NCBI GenBank assembly: GCA_026418615.1
Contig: JAOAAY010000014.1
Location: forward strand, 591-64,590
DNA: 64,000 nt
Origin: Candidatus Sumerlaeaceae bacterium
GTDB lineage: Bacteria; Sumerlaeota; Sumerlaeia; Sumerlaeales; Sumerlaeaceae
Reading direction: 5' to 3'
Shown here: in pieces, positions 31,674-40,167 of the stretch
How the letters are laid out: each line of letters opens with the position of its first letter
Position numbering within the stretch: position 1 is the stretch's first letter
Position numbers and translations under genes: made by a program
The notes under the pieces: generated by a model
Seen by the model: only the letters and a program-made list of their open reading frames with translations
What the model was told of the DNA's origin: nothing
The model's database searches: none

Positions 31674-32672
31674 ATGATCGTTGTTGAAACGAATAAACTG
31701 AGCAAGATTTACACCCACGATTTCATTGATGTGGAGCACGGGCGGTTGCGCTTCAATTTCATGCGCCGCACGGTGGCTCTGGCTGATCTCGACTTGCAGG
31801 TTGGCAAAGGAGAGATCGTAGGCTTGCTCGGACCCAACGGGGCTGGCAAGTCGACCACGATCAAGATTCTGATGGGCATTCTCTTTCCCAGCAGCGGTTC
31901 TGCCAAATTGATGGGCCGGCCTCTGGGCGACAAGGCGGTCAAGGCCAAGATCGGCTTTCTTCCCGAGAATCCCTTCTTTTACGACTACCTCAAGGGCGAG
32001 GAGTTTCTGGATTATTATGGCCAACTCTACGGCATGTCCAAGGCCGATCGGCGCAAGCGGATCCGGGAATTATTTGACTATGTGGGGCTCCCCGATCATG
32101 CGCCCAACCTTCCCCTGAAGGGTTACTCGAAAGGCATGTTGCAACGCATCGGTTTGGCCCAAGCGATCTTGAACGATCCGGAAGTGGTCGTGTTGGATGA
32201 GCCGCAGTCGGGGCTCGACCCCCTCGGGCGCAAGGAGATACGGGACATCATCCTGTCACTTAAGGATCGCGGCAAGACGGTGTTTTTCTCGTCGCATGTG
32301 TTGTCGGATGCCGAGTTGATCTGCGACCGGGTGGCGATCCTCAACAAGGGGCGGCTCGTGGCTCAAGGCGAACTGGGGCATCTGCTCAGTTCGAAAATCA
32401 AAGACTACGAAGTCATTGTGACGGGAATGCGCAAGGAATCGGTGGAAGCGCTTCGGCCGCATGCGATCAAGTGCATCGAGCGCGACGCGGATGTGCTGTT
32501 CATCTTTGAGAAGGAGGATGATGTGCGGGAGGTTTTGCGCCGCGTGATTGACGAAAACGCCCGGCTGGTTTCGGTGACGCCGCGGCGCGACACCCTCGAG
32601 GAATATTTCATCCGCGAGGTGACGCGCGGGCCGGGTGCGGCGGAGACCGGTGCGCAGGGAGGTGCTGCCTGA
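31674..32672 (+). CDS. ABC transporter ATP-binding protein (PilH/XapD-like)
   Basis: GPNGAGKST, GFLPENPFFYDYL, YSKGMLQRIGLAQA, DEPQSGLDPLGR. Confidence 0.9.
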   Translation: MIVVETNKLSKIYTHDFIDVEHGRLRFNFMRRTVALADLDLQVGKGEIVGLLGPNGAGKSTTIKILMGILFPSSGSAKLMGRPLGDKAVKAKIGFLPENPFFYDYLKGEEFLDYYGQLYGMSKADRRKRIRELFDYVGLPDHAPNLPLKGYSKGMLQRIGLAQAILNDPEVVVLDEPQSGLDPLGRKEIRDIILSLKDRGKTVFFSSHVLSDAELICDRVAILNKGRLVAQGELGHLLSSKIKDYEVIVTGMRKESVEALRPHAIKCIERDADVLFIFEKEDDVREVLRRVIDENARLVSVTPRRDTLEEYFIREVTRGPGAAETGAQGGAA

Positions 32673-33652
32673 TGGGAAAGGTTCTGGCCATCGCGCTCAA
32701 TACCTTCAAGGAGGCCGTGCGCAACAAGGTCCTGTACTTCCTGCTGATCTTTGCCCTGCTCATCATGGGTTTCTCCACTTTTATCAGCGACCTCTCCATC
32801 GCGGCGCCGGAGAAACTCATCAAGGACCTCGGCCTGGCTTCCATCGACTTCTTCGGCTTCCTGATTGCGGTTTTTGTCGGCATCTATCTAATTTACAACG
32901 AGATTGAGCGCAAAACGATTTACACGATTGTCTCGAAGCCGATCGACCGGCACCAGTTCGTTCTCGGCAAATACTTCGGCCTGCTGATCACGATTTATGT
33001 GAACATGGCCATCATGAGCGTCTTTTTCTTCGCGGTGCTGTACTTCCGCGATGCGACCTCGCAGGACAAGATCATGGACCTGATCAACCCCGAGGTCAAC
33101 GGGGTGCGCCAGCCGGTGGAAAACGCCGAGTCGCTGTATTACTGGTATCATTTTAAAATGTTTTTTATAGCCTGCGGCAAGGCAGTCGTCACGCTGTTCG
33201 GGTACTCGGAGCCGATCACTTTCCATCTGATGCGTGTGATCGGGATGAGCGCGCTGGGCTTGGCCATCATCACGGCGTTCGCCATCCTGTACTCGACCTT
33301 CTCGACGCCGACGCTGAGCGCGGTGTTCACCTTCCTGACCTTTGTGGTCGGCAATTTGTGCGAGGATCTGCTGCGATACGCGGAGCGGCTCGCACGCAAT
33401 GCAGGCGGGTTGCAGAACCTGTCAGGGCCGGATGTGCTCAAGTATTGGTTTGTGACGATCGCGATGCACATCACGCCGAACCTGGCGCTGTTCAACAAGC
33501 GATCCGAGGCGATCTACGACAAATGGGATGTCATGGCCCAGACGGAGCGGTTTGTGGCCATTGACCCGGTGCAAGTCGCCTACGGGCTTGTTTATGTGGG
33601 CGGGGTGCTGTGCCTGTCGTGCCTGATCTTCAATCGCCGCAATTTCAAGTGA
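32672..33652 (+). CDS. ABC transporter permease (PilI/Xap-like)
   Basis: NTFKEAVRNK, EIERKTIYTIVSKPI, GKYFG, FNRRNFK. Confidence 0.88.
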   Translation: MGKVLAIALNTFKEAVRNKVLYFLLIFALLIMGFSTFISDLSIAAPEKLIKDLGLASIDFFGFLIAVFVGIYLIYNEIERKTIYTIVSKPIDRHQFVLGKYFGLLITIYVNMAIMSVFFFAVLYFRDATSQDKIMDLINPEVNGVRQPVENAESLYYWYHFKMFFIACGKAVVTLFGYSEPITFHLMRVIGMSALGLAIITAFAILYSTFSTPTLSAVFTFLTFVVGNLCEDLLRYAERLARNAGGLQNLSGPDVLKYWFVTIAMHITPNLALFNKRSEAIYDKWDVMAQTERFVAIDPVQVAYGLVYVGGVLCLSCLIFNRRNFK

Positions 33653-33653
33653 T

Positions 33654-34964
33654 ATGACGATGCCCGGCCGTCTGAAAACCCTTTTTGTGTTCGTTCTCTT
33701 GGTTGCGTGTGTCGCCGTGGCGACGACCATCCAGCACCGTCAGTTGAAGAAGGTCGCGCTGAGTCCGCCGTTTCATGACACTTGGTCTTTGTCTGGTCGC
33801 AGCGCGGCCGTCATTGATGCGCTGGCGCTGGGGTACGACCTCGTGGTCGCGGATTTTCTTTGGCTGCGGGCCATCCAGTCGTTTGGCGGGCGCGGAATGA
33901 CCAACCGTGACTGGCGTCCGGTTTACGATCAGTTCGACACCATCACGGAACTCGACCCGTATTTCGAGAGTGCCTACACTTTCGGCAATCTGGTCATCGG
34001 GGACGAGGGCGGACGCCAGCGCGAGGGTTTGCGCCTGCTCGATAAGGGCATGAATAAGATGATCTATGGCTATCGCATCCCCTTCGAGGCCATGTATGTG
34101 GCGCATTGGCAGATGGGTGACACGCGGCTGGCGCGCTGGTACGGCCGCATAGCCAGCAAGCGGCGCAATGCCCCCGACTGGGTGCCTCGGATCGTGGCTT
34201 ACCTCGATGTGCAATCGGGGCAGTTTTACATCGGCTTCGACCGCTTCACGGGCAATCTGCTCGAGGGGCTGGATGCGGACGATGCCGTGCTGCGGCGCGT
34301 GGCGCTGCGCAAGGTGGCCGAGGCCGTGGACAAATGGAGCAAAGACCAAATCTTGCGCGCATATGACGAGTACACTTCGGCTACGGGGCAGCCGCCCGTA
34401 ACCGTGGAGCAACTGGCCGGACAGCCGGCGCTGCAGAATTATGAGATTGCCTCGATGACGCGTCTGCTGGCGAAAATCGAAGTGCTTCAGCGGCGGCTCG
34501 GCAGGCCGTCGTTGCTCGAGACCGTGCCAGAAATCGGAACCATCGTTCTGCCGACGCCTCAGGAGTTGGCCGAGGCGGAGGCCGCCACATCCCAGACGCT
34601 TGCTGTCAAGGATTTGCGTTCGCTGCAAAACGAGGTCTTCAGATATGCGCTCACGCGCCGTTCCGGAATACCCCCGGAACCGTTTGGTGACCGGTATGTG
34701 ATCAACCAGACGATGGTAGGTTACCCGCATGCAGATCGAGAGAATCTTGTCGTCACGGAGACTGAGCGCCGGGATTTCCTGAAGCAAATCCTCGGTGCGT
34801 TGCGAGCGATCACGGCGGAACGCCGCGACGAACTCGGCCGTAATCCGCAATCGTGGCGCGAGGTGTTCTTCACCGATTTCAACACGACTGAGCCGTACGG
34901 CGGCAAGTGGGAGTACGATCCCGCCACGGCCGTCATCCGATCCACCTCGCATCCGGATCTCTGA
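33654..34964 (+). CDS. Membrane-anchored PilG/XapA-like protein
   Basis: LGYDLVVADFLWLRAIQ, ITELDPYFESAY; C-terminal EPFG/EPYGG..Y motifs; operon context. Confidence 0.6.
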   Translation: MTMPGRLKTLFVFVLLVACVAVATTIQHRQLKKVALSPPFHDTWSLSGRSAAVIDALALGYDLVVADFLWLRAIQSFGGRGMTNRDWRPVYDQFDTITELDPYFESAYTFGNLVIGDEGGRQREGLRLLDKGMNKMIYGYRIPFEAMYVAHWQMGDTRLARWYGRIASKRRNAPDWVPRIVAYLDVQSGQFYIGFDRFTGNLLEGLDADDAVLRRVALRKVAEAVDKWSKDQILRAYDEYTSATGQPPVTVEQLAGQPALQNYEIASMTRLLAKIEVLQRRLGRPSLLETVPEIGTIVLPTPQELAEAEAATSQTLAVKDLRSLQNEVFRYALTRRSGIPPEPFGDRYVINQTMVGYPHADRENLVVTETERRDFLKQILGALRAITAERRDELGRNPQSWREVFFTDFNTTEPYGGKWEYDPATAVIRSTSHPDL

Positions 34965-35028
34965 GGCGCTCCCAGCGGCGTTGACAGGGCTGTGTCCCGG
35001 CTGCGTGATGCCGGGACGGAGGGCACAC

Positions 35029-35991
35029 ATGATGAAGACTGAGACCGGGATCGCGCTCCGCCCCTTTGAGGGACGCGACACAGGTGCGGTGCTGGAGTGC
35101 TGGGCGGAGGCTCTTCCGCTCGACGCGGTGAACTTGGACACTTTCGAGCGCAAGGTGCTGCTCGACCAGAACTTCGAGACAGGCAGCCTGACGCTTGCCG
35201 AAGTGGATGGGCGGATTGCCGGGTTCATTGTCTGTTTCGTGCTGAACAAGCCCATCGAAAAGGTTGGGCACCGCGAAGACACGGGGTTCATCACGGCTTT
35301 CGGTGTGGCCCCTTGGGCGCGGGGACGAGGCGCCGGCAAGGCGCTGCTGGCGGCAGCCGAGGCGTTCTTCCGGTCACGCGGACGCAGTCTGGCGGTGATT
35401 GCGCCGTATACGCCTAACTATTTTGTGCCGGGCGTGGACAAGGAGCGATATGCCGACGGCGTGGCGTTCCTTCAACGGCGCGGTTTCGAGGAGTACTCGG
35501 AGGGCATCGCGGCCGATGCGTTGATCTCGACCTTTGAAATCCCAGCCGAGGTGCTGGAGAAGGAGCGGCAACTGGCGGCGGAGGGAATTGTCATCCGGCC
35601 GTACGAGCGAGGCGACCTTGTCCACTACATCGAGTTCCAGCGGGCTCTGATGCCCGGTCCGTGGGTGGAGGATGCGCGGCGTAACTTGCTCGAATTGACG
35701 CACGGGCGTTTCCCCTGCGATGCGATCTGGCTGGCTGTAGACCGCGGAAAGATCATCGGTTTCTGTCAGCACGAGCACGAACACTTCGGGCCGTTTGGCG
35801 TGTCGGACGCCTATCAGGGCCGGGGGATTGGCAGCGTGCTGCTGGCGCGGACCTTGTTTTCGATGCGGGTGCGCGGCTGCCACTCGGCTTGGGTTTTGTG
35901 GACGGGCGAGCGGGCTTTAAAAGGGGTTTACGGCAGGCTTGGCTTTCGCCTCACCCGCCGTTTTGCCATCATGCGCAAGCCGCTGGGGTGA
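35029..35991 (+). CDS. Tandem GNAT acetyltransferase
   Basis: Two acetyl-CoA motifs, VAPWARGRGAG and VSDAYQGRGIG; YGRLGF. Confidence 0.88.
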   Translation: MMKTETGIALRPFEGRDTGAVLECWAEALPLDAVNLDTFERKVLLDQNFETGSLTLAEVDGRIAGFIVCFVLNKPIEKVGHREDTGFITAFGVAPWARGRGAGKALLAAAEAFFRSRGRSLAVIAPYTPNYFVPGVDKERYADGVAFLQRRGFEEYSEGIAADALISTFEIPAEVLEKERQLAAEGIVIRPYERGDLVHYIEFQRALMPGPWVEDARRNLLELTHGRFPCDAIWLAVDRGKIIGFCQHEHEHFGPFGVSDAYQGRGIGSVLLARTLFSMRVRGCHSAWVLWTGERALKGVYGRLGFRLTRRFAIMRKPLG

Positions 35992-36004
35992 CCAGCGCGA
36001 CTGA

Positions 36005-36775
36005 TCAGTTTTTGACGCGGGGTCGCCGCAGTTCGAGGCGGGTCGCGGCGTGCCCGCCAACAGCCGGCAGTGGCAGGGACGGACGCCGCAGAGAACAATG
36101 GCCGGAGAGGGCCTCGCGAACCACGGCGTCCAAGTCCACCCGGAACAGCATGTAGGACACGGAGAGACCGCGCAGGTCGGGCACGGGGTACACGGGCACC
36201 GGTCCCACGGCCTCATCTTCGGTGATGTACACGACATACTGAACGAGGCGGCCCCGGTCGAGCGCGAGCACCGGAAACGCCCCGACGGGCACCTCGCGCG
36301 GCGTGACGACGGCGTCGGGCATCAACCGGACGGCGGTCAAGCAGGCGTCGAGCCATTGCCAGAAGAAGGGCTGCTCCTTGCGGACTGAGAAGATCACATA
36401 GATGGAATGGAGATTGGCGCCCTTCCAGAACGAGCAGAAGTCGCGGAAGTTGAGGTCGGCGCAAGTGCCCTCGTCGAGACCATACAGCCATATCTGCATG
36501 GAGGATTGACGCAGGGATTCCGGACCGTCTGCGGCCGGCCCCCGCAGCACGCCGACTAGGAAGTCCATCAGGTGGAAGCCGGCCTTGGGGCCGCGCCATG
36601 CCTTCGGCAACCGGTCCACTGGCAGGCGCAATGCCACGATCTTCGTGCCGGTTACGGGGACAGTCTCCCGCGGGAAAACGGGTTCGGCGACGGGCATGGC
36701 GTCGGCCGCCGAGACGGCCTTCGCGGCCTTGCGCCGCGAGGTCGCCTTGCTGCTTGCGGGACGGGGTGATGTCAT
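36005..36775 (-). CDS. Hypothetical protein, divergent from the WYL regulator
   Basis: 256-aa ORF with GGGAGG RBS; no motif recognised. Confidence 0.7.
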   Translation of the reverse strand: MTSPRPASSKATSRRKAAKAVSAADAMPVAEPVFPRETVPVTGTKIVALRLPVDRLPKAWRGPKAGFHLMDFLVGVLRGPAADGPESLRQSSMQIWLYGLDEGTCADLNFRDFCSFWKGANLHSIYVIFSVRKEQPFFWQWLDACLTAVRLMPDAVVTPREVPVGAFPVLALDRGRLVQYVVYITEDEAVGPVPVYPVPDLRGLSVSYMLFRVDLDAVVREALSGHCSLRRPSLPLPAVGGHAATRLELRRPRVKN

Positions 36776-36802
36776 CGTGTGATACCTCCCTTTCTTGTCA
36801 TC

Positions 36803-36837
36803 ACAATACGGCCGCCATGTGACAAAATAGGTCATGG
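36803..36837 (-). promoter_or_regulatory. Putative WYL-factor binding site and PafBC-type promoter
   Basis: TGAC-N7-GTCA palindrome (36820-36834); minus strand TGTCAC-N10-TATTGT. Confidence 0.65.
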
Positions 36838-36961
36838 ATTCGCGCTAAAATCCGGCTCCAATTCACTGACGCGCGGGCTGCCCGAATCGCTTGCATCAAG
36901 GCCGTGCGGCGGGTGATGGTTGGGGTGCCGGACGAGCAGCCAAGCACCGGGGAGAGAGCGC

Positions 36962-37999
36962 ATGCGGGAAGAGACATACACGCGACATTGGCGTATCCTG
37001 TGCTTCATTCTCGACAGCCGCAGGGGGAAACTGCTGAGCGAGATCAGACGCGATCTGGCCGATCATGGTTTTCATGTGGTGGAGCGCACGGTTCGGCGGG
37101 ACCTGCAGGCGTTGCAACTTGCCGGGTTCCCTGTTATCAGTGAAAAGGTGGAACGCGGAACCGTCTGGACTCTGACCAAGGATTACCGGAACCTGCCGCC
37201 GACGCCGTTCGGGCTCGACGAGGCGTTTGCCATGCTGGTGGCGCGGTCGGTGCTTGAGGCGCGCGGGCATGGGCAACTGGCGCGGCAAATCAGTGGAATC
37301 GTTGACAAACTGACCACTAAGGCGGCTCCGGAGTTCCGTGAAATCATCGCCCGGCTGGAGGGTTCGGTTTACTGCAAGCCTCTGTCGCGGGCGCAGGGTG
37401 GTGCCGTGCCCGGTTATTATGACCAGATTGCGCAGGCCATCCAGGAACAGAAAAAATTGCGGGTCACTTACCGCAGTGCTGCCGGGCGTTTGTCGAAAGG
37501 GCGACTGCTGGCTCCCATCAGGCTCTGGATTGACAACCAACAGACCTACCTCATCGCATACTGCTACCAGCGGGCGGATGTGCGGATGTTCCTGCTTGGC
37601 CGGTTCGAGGCGATGGAGGTGACGGATGAGCGCTTCGAGGTGACTTGGAAGTTTGATGCGGAGCAATTTGCCAGTGAATCGTTTGGCGTCTTCCGCACGA
37701 CGCCCGAGGTCATCGAACTGGAGTTCGACGATATGCTTTCAAGTTATTTTGATGCGCATCCGCTGCATCCGACGCAGCGCCTGTCGCGCCGTGACGGGCG
37801 GTGGAAAATTCAACTGCGTGTCGGCATCAACGAGTCGCTCATCCACCGTCTTCTCGGGTTTGGTCACCGTGTGCGCGTGGTGAAACCGCGGGCCTTGGCT
37901 GACCTTTTGGTGGAACGCCACCGGCAAGCCATTGCAGCCTACGAGGCGTTGGGTGGCGAGTCGGGCGCCCAGCAGAACCTCCCGCTTGGTTTTGAGTGA
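36962..37999 (+). CDS. wHTH-WYL-WCX transcriptional regulator (DriD/PafB/YafY-like)
   Basis: ERTVRRDLQAL HTH; LRVTYRS..R.LAP..L..YLIAYC..R..VRMF..R; LLGFGHRVRVVKP. Confidence 0.93.
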   Translation: MREETYTRHWRILCFILDSRRGKLLSEIRRDLADHGFHVVERTVRRDLQALQLAGFPVISEKVERGTVWTLTKDYRNLPPTPFGLDEAFAMLVARSVLEARGHGQLARQISGIVDKLTTKAAPEFREIIARLEGSVYCKPLSRAQGGAVPGYYDQIAQAIQEQKKLRVTYRSAAGRLSKGRLLAPIRLWIDNQQTYLIAYCYQRADVRMFLLGRFEAMEVTDERFEVTWKFDAEQFASESFGVFRTTPEVIELEFDDMLSSYFDAHPLHPTQRLSRRDGRWKIQLRVGINESLIHRLLGFGHRVRVVKPRALADLLVERHRQAIAAYEALGGESGAQQNLPLGFE

Positions 38000-38004
38000 C
38001 AGTG

Positions 38005-38079
38005 GTGGGCGCCACCGCGCGCGGTATGCCCACGAAAAGGGAATGCCGGAGCCAGCGTTTCGGCGGACTCCGGCAATCC
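38005..38079. terminator. Hairpin pair between convergent genes
   Basis: GTGGGC/GCCCAC and TGCCGGAG/CTCCGGCA inverted repeats; CCCTTTT follows on the minus strand. Confidence 0.5.
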
Positions 38080-38111
38080 TCCAGCAACAGGGAGTGGAGT
38101 AGAGGGGTTTC

Positions 38112-39122
38112 TTAGTCGTAAAGCATCCACAGATCCCGGCGTACGGCCGCCGGCGGATTGTAACCAGCCGGCAGCACAAAGGTTCCCGGACCGAGAACGC
38201 CGGTGCTGATGGCAACGGCGTCCACGGCGCCAAGAAGCCCGCGGCTTTCGAACTGATTGATGGCCAGGTTCGCGGTTCCGCCTACAAAAAATCCGCTCGA
38301 ACTGGGCCAACTGCTGTCATACAGAAATCTGTTGCTCCCCGGCCCGTGTCCGAGGATTTTCGTGCGGGAGATGCTCGGCGTGGCATTAATTGTCGCGGTC
38401 GTGACAACCGCTCCGTTCACATAGAGCGTCATCAGGCTGTTGGCCGGGTCGGCATCGTTGTAATCGAAGGTATACTGGACGAGGTGCCATTGTTTTTCCG
38501 GCAGAGGGCCCGGGTTAAAGGCGGCCAGGACAGGCTCCTGCGTGTCGTTGAAAATGTGCAGGGTGAGGTTGCTCGTGTAAGGGGGCGGAGCGCCCGAACC
38601 CCGGATGCGCAGGTTTGTGCGAATGTAGGGCCCTGTCGGCCACTCGTCACTCAGGATTCCCTGAATGCCGCCGATGTTGCCGGGAATGTCATTCGTCGCA
38701 GCCCAGAAAATCACTTCCCATGTCAGGTCCTGCAGGGGCAGCGGCTGGAGCATTTCAACGAAAAGCCCCTCCTCGACGCGGTTGATCCCGCTCTCGGTGG
38801 TGGGGATGTCGCCGCTTTCGACGAACATGGCGCTACCGCCCTGCGGGCCGGGCGTGGCGGGAAAACTGGTGCCGTCCGTGCCGTCGGGAACCTTGACCGT
38901 CACGCCGTTGTGCGTGCGGATCAGGCTTTTGTATGAAGCAAAGTAAACATTTGATGCAATAGGCATCGGCTCCGAGGGGTTGAGCGGGTACGGGGCGAAA
39001 TTGGGAAAAGTTTGCGAGGTGATGTTGTCAAAGTCGGCGTAGAAGAGCAACCCGGCCTGAGCCGGCTGCACACTGGCCAGCGCCAGCAGCAAGGCGGTGC
39101 CGAGGCAGTAAACAGTTTTCAT
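38112..39122 (-). CDS. Secreted LamG/concanavalin-A-like protein with C-terminal AAVxxxWMLYD tag
   Basis: Signal peptide AQA-G; LTWEVIF, QWHLVQYTFD, MTLYVNG, GAVDAVAIS are LamG_3-like strands. Confidence 0.75.
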   Translation of the reverse strand: MKTVYCLGTALLLALASVQPAQAGLLFYADFDNITSQTFPNFAPYPLNPSEPMPIASNVYFASYKSLIRTHNGVTVKVPDGTDGTSFPATPGPQGGSAMFVESGDIPTTESGINRVEEGLFVEMLQPLPLQDLTWEVIFWAATNDIPGNIGGIQGILSDEWPTGPYIRTNLRIRGSGAPPPYTSNLTLHIFNDTQEPVLAAFNPGPLPEKQWHLVQYTFDYNDADPANSLMTLYVNGAVVTTATINATPSISRTKILGHGPGSNRFLYDSSWPSSSGFFVGGTANLAINQFESRGLLGAVDAVAISTGVLGPGTFVLPAGYNPPAAVRRDLWMLYD

Positions 39123-39158
39123 GGCTATGCCTTTCCGTCGTTCATCGGCGTGGGATGG

Positions 39159-39192
39159 GCCGGATCACGGCGTTTTTGGGTCGTGATCCGGC
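39159..39192. other. Intra-operon 11-bp stem-loop between the pilin-like and LamG genes
   Basis: GCCGGATCACG / CGTGATCCGGC; no U-tract on the coding strand. Confidence 0.55.
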
Positions 39193-39234
39193 TTTGCGGT
39201 AAGGCTGCGTGTAACGGCGGCGATGCCGGTTGGC

Positions 39235-39855
39235 TCAGGGGCCTGCCCGATAGATCTGGCCACGGCTGACAGTGCCGTTGGTCGGGTCGTAGGGTATGTA
39301 GTGAATCCAGGTGTTGTTGTTGATCCGGCCGGGGCCGTTGGCGGCGATCAGCCACTCGGTGCCGCAATTGATGACAAGTTTCATAGTGGCGTAGGTGGGG
39401 GTGTTGCCGTAGGTATTCAGGTAGTCGCAAAAGTCATGGGCAACCACCGTCTCCCCCGTCGTGGGGCTCTGATAAGTTTTCATATTGTAGACGAAACTCG
39501 GTTGGAAGTGGGGCGGTGACGAGCCGTCATCAATCGGCGTCATGGGATCGTCGGGAAGGCTCGTGATGTACGACACCGGGGTTGTGAGACGGATGAGGGA
39601 CCACTTGATGTAGCCCTCGAGGTCTCCCGGGACAAGGCCGAGTCCCTGCGGGTATCGGTTGGTATCCACGCGGTAGGATTCCATAGCCGTGGCAAGCGAG
39701 CGCTGATCCGCCTTCACGCGCGACACTTTCGATCTCATCTGAGCCTCGAGGAAGTTTGGCACGGCGATGGCGGCGAGGATGGCGATAATCGCCACGACGA
39801 TCAGCAACTCGATGAGCGTAAACGCTGATGGATGGTCTGAATGCCTAATTCTCAT
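39235..39855 (-). CDS. Prepilin-type N-terminal cleavage/methylation domain protein
   Basis: AFTLIELLIVVAIIAILAAIAVPNF; LTTPVSYI..DP; YDPTNGTVSRG. Confidence 0.93.
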   Translation of the reverse strand: MRIRHSDHPSAFTLIELLIVVAIIAILAAIAVPNFLEAQMRSKVSRVKADQRSLATAMESYRVDTNRYPQGLGLVPGDLEGYIKWSLIRLTTPVSYITSLPDDPMTPIDDGSSPPHFQPSFVYNMKTYQSPTTGETVVAHDFCDYLNTYGNTPTYATMKLVINCGTEWLIAANGPGRINNNTWIHYIPYDPTNGTVSRGQIYRAGP

Positions 39856-39871
39856 GATTGCACCTCGGCAG

Positions 39872-40047
39872 TGTAAGCGATTTCATCTGATGGGCGTCCC
39901 CCGGGCCGTGAATCTTGCAGTTTTACGGTGCAGGAAAACGCTTTCTCCTTGGTCCTTTCGTATTCATGAGACCGTTGGCATGTGCAAGGAGAAAAGTGTG
40001 CCAAAATGTGAAGTCCTTTGGAGTAAGCGCTTGTGCAAACGCATACA
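39872..40047. promoter_or_regulatory. Cluster of four LacI/cre-like operators
   Basis: TGTAAGCGATTTCA (39872), GGAAAACGCTTTCT (39933), AGTAAGCGCTTGTG (40022), TGCAAACGCATACA (40034). Confidence 0.55.
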
Positions 40048-40167
40048 AAGAAAAGGTCGCCCGGTCATGGAGACGAGGACGCTTTTTGCTCGCGTTGAGT
40101 CCCCGTCGTTGGTTGATGATGGCTGCCGAAGTTGTTTCACTCTGTAGGCGCTAACGGGGTTTTCAGT

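Noticed and set aside
31455-32024. N-terminal extension of ORF 30405..32024
   Set aside because: Overlaps the ABC ATPase on the other strand; the signal peptide starts at 31454.
33645-35339. 564-aa minus-strand ORF
   Set aside because: Antisense to the PilG-like and GNAT genes; no motifs.
35029-35991. Mycothiol synthase mshD
   Set aside because: A tandem GNAT fold alone is not specific, and there is no msh context.
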